From Camelus ferus (Eukaryota): a stretch of 64,000 nucleotides of DNA. The first letter of the stretch is position 1; each line of letters begins with the position of its first letter. Both the position numbers and the translations under genes were made by a program. Of the stretch, positions 62,330 to 64,000 are shown piece after piece. The DNA lies in assembly GCF_009834535.1 (NCBI RefSeq), contig NC_045697.1, positions 91,824,001 to 91,888,000 of the forward strand. Reading direction: 5' to 3'. The notes below the pieces were generated by a model. It was given only the letters and a program-made list of their open reading frames with translations. It was not told the origin of the DNA and searched no databases.

Positions 62330-64000
62330 GTCTCATCTTGGGCTCTACCCTTCAGCATGCATGTGTCTTATTCAGCATGCATGTGTACTATTGGCATGAT
62401 GTCAACAGAGTGGGCATAGTGTGTGGAATTAATAGACAACATTCCTGCAGACTATATTATGACAAAGAACCGAAAAGTTAGCATAGCCCTAAGGCATTTC
62501 TGTGAATGTGTACTGCTATCCTTGCCATGTAAATGCAAATTTATTCTAATCCTCCCTGATGCTATGTGTCAGGAAAAAGACATTGTGCACATTAGTGTCA
62601 CCATACTAGATGTCAGATGTCTTGTTGATGTGCTCCAAAAAATCCACATCTGGCAAAGCAGGTTATGATTGGGGCCATCAATTAGTTAAGCATATCTTAA
62701 ATAGTCTATCATTCTTTACTAAGATTAATCCTTTTTCTTTGTAGGAATTCTAAAAGATTAACTAAACAGTTCTATAATGGGTGCCATCACCCTGTATCCT
62801 AAAGCCTTTGATGATGGCATTGAATTCTGCAATTCTTTTCTATTTGAGGTATCATTTCTAAATTACTACCTTGGCTGGTGTGTGTGTGTGTGTGTGTGTG
62901 TGTGTAGCTTTCAGGGATTTCTATTTAATTCTTCCTAATATAATGAACTCTGATCTACAAATATGAATACAAAACCAGTGTGGGTTCAGCCTGCTTCTAA
63001 GTGTATCTATCTCAAATACATATTCAGTGACTGGGAAATAATTTCAGGATGTGTTTATGTGTCCATCCTGTTCTTTGTGAGTCAGATTTGGACCAAAACT
63101 CAAATTTTCACCTGGCCTTCATAAGCTCTCATTCTATACCAAAGACAGTAGCAGTTTGGATCTTCTGGCATTAATGTCATCTCAGACCTCAGAATGTATT
63201 TAACATACTTTGTAACATGGATATCCTCTCTTCTCCAGTTCACTGTTATGGCAAATGAAAACATTATACACTTGCAATTACATAGCAGGGGTGTTTCTCA
63301 AATGGAATGGACCTTCCCTTTAATCAGTGAATTCTGAATCTGTAAAGTGACTTAGATCCGGAACTGGTTGTGGGACTAAAATTGTCAGTTGTGGTAGTTT
63401 CTGCAAGTCCTGTGATCATCAGCTCTTAATTTTTATGCCCCCATAAATTAAGTAACACCCATTAAGCTGTCAAGCTATCTTCCCCCTGGAGCAACATGAT
63501 ATATTAGCTGTTACTACAGATAACTTGGGTCAAGATACTCTGATTACTACTCTCGCCTTAATGCCAATTTGATAATTATGTTCACATTGCCTCAAGTGGC
63601 TAAGTTCTGCCAGCACTAACACTTAGGAATCTTAACATTATCATTGATTTTAGGGAGCTCACATTAATGTCAGTGTTTCCCACTTCCTACCAGCCTGCAT
63701 AGGTCAGCTACTACCGAAGATGCCAGTGCTTCCCTGTGAATTCCTTGTTACCTTAATAAAGGAAATGTCTCCTGGGTCTTCTGGATCTTCCTGGAGAATA
63801 TAGTCTAATGGTTTATTTTCAGATCTTACATAATGTATCCATTCTAACAATCTTCCTTCCCTGTGCCTTTGATCCTTTCTTTACAACTATGTTAAAGAAA
63901 TTCCAGAATTCCCAACTTGTTCAAGTCAGATATTTTCAAGTCCAGGCATGAGGAAGCCATCTTAGCAAAGTGTAATGATCAACTCTGAGGGTCCAGGCAA
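62330..64000 (-). mobile_element. ERVL internal region fossil (gag end - protease - RT), running off the window
   Basis: RT motif FAFTWQG*QYTFTEMP*GY (~62480-62540). Protease-like region ~63160-63250 (VNWRRE...SEMTLMPED, ~LDTGSELTLIPGD). ERVL gag C-terminal signature (cagttccggatctaagtcactttacagattcagaa) ~63330-63370. Confidence 0.85.
62879..62904. repeat. (TG)n microsatellite
   Basis: TG run. Confidence 0.95.

Noticed and set aside
1..64000. Prokaryotic or viral systems (CRISPR, operons, non-retroviral endogenous viral elements), tRNA/rRNA genes
   Set aside because: No repeat-spacer arrays, gene-dense regions, structured RNA gene signatures or viral protein motifs were seen; the content is typical mammalian non-coding DNA.

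Overview
AT-rich mammalian genomic DNA, intergenic or deep-intronic. It is probably camelid: the young L1 3' UTRs resemble alpaca/camel L1 as I recall them, and no Alu, Bov-A, PRE or CAN SINEs were seen. I recognise no protein-coding gene, RNA gene or prokaryotic system; the supplied ORFs are chance ORFs or transposon remnants. The window is mostly layered transposable elements: young and old L1 fragments, L2, MIR, CR1/L3, RTE-like fossils, MLT/MER21/LTR16/LTR33/ERV1 LTRs, an ERVL gag-pro-pol fossil at the right end, and MER58/MER3/MER8 DNA elements. There is one small orphan CpG island (~21.13-21.39 kb) with GC-box, YY1 and ETS motifs. The most notable observations are that island with its overlapping ORFs and palindrome, a hAT transposase dimerisation-domain fossil (~18.3-18.9 kb), a possible AmnSINE1 remnant, an L1 with a 3' transduction, an ERV1 insertion of only 3' LTR + PPT between 5-bp direct repeats, a fragmented ancient RTE-like RT, and a perfect 34-bp palindrome. 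Repeat family names come from remembered consensus features, not a database search, and boundaries of old elements are approximate. I see no convincing evidence of a new biological system.
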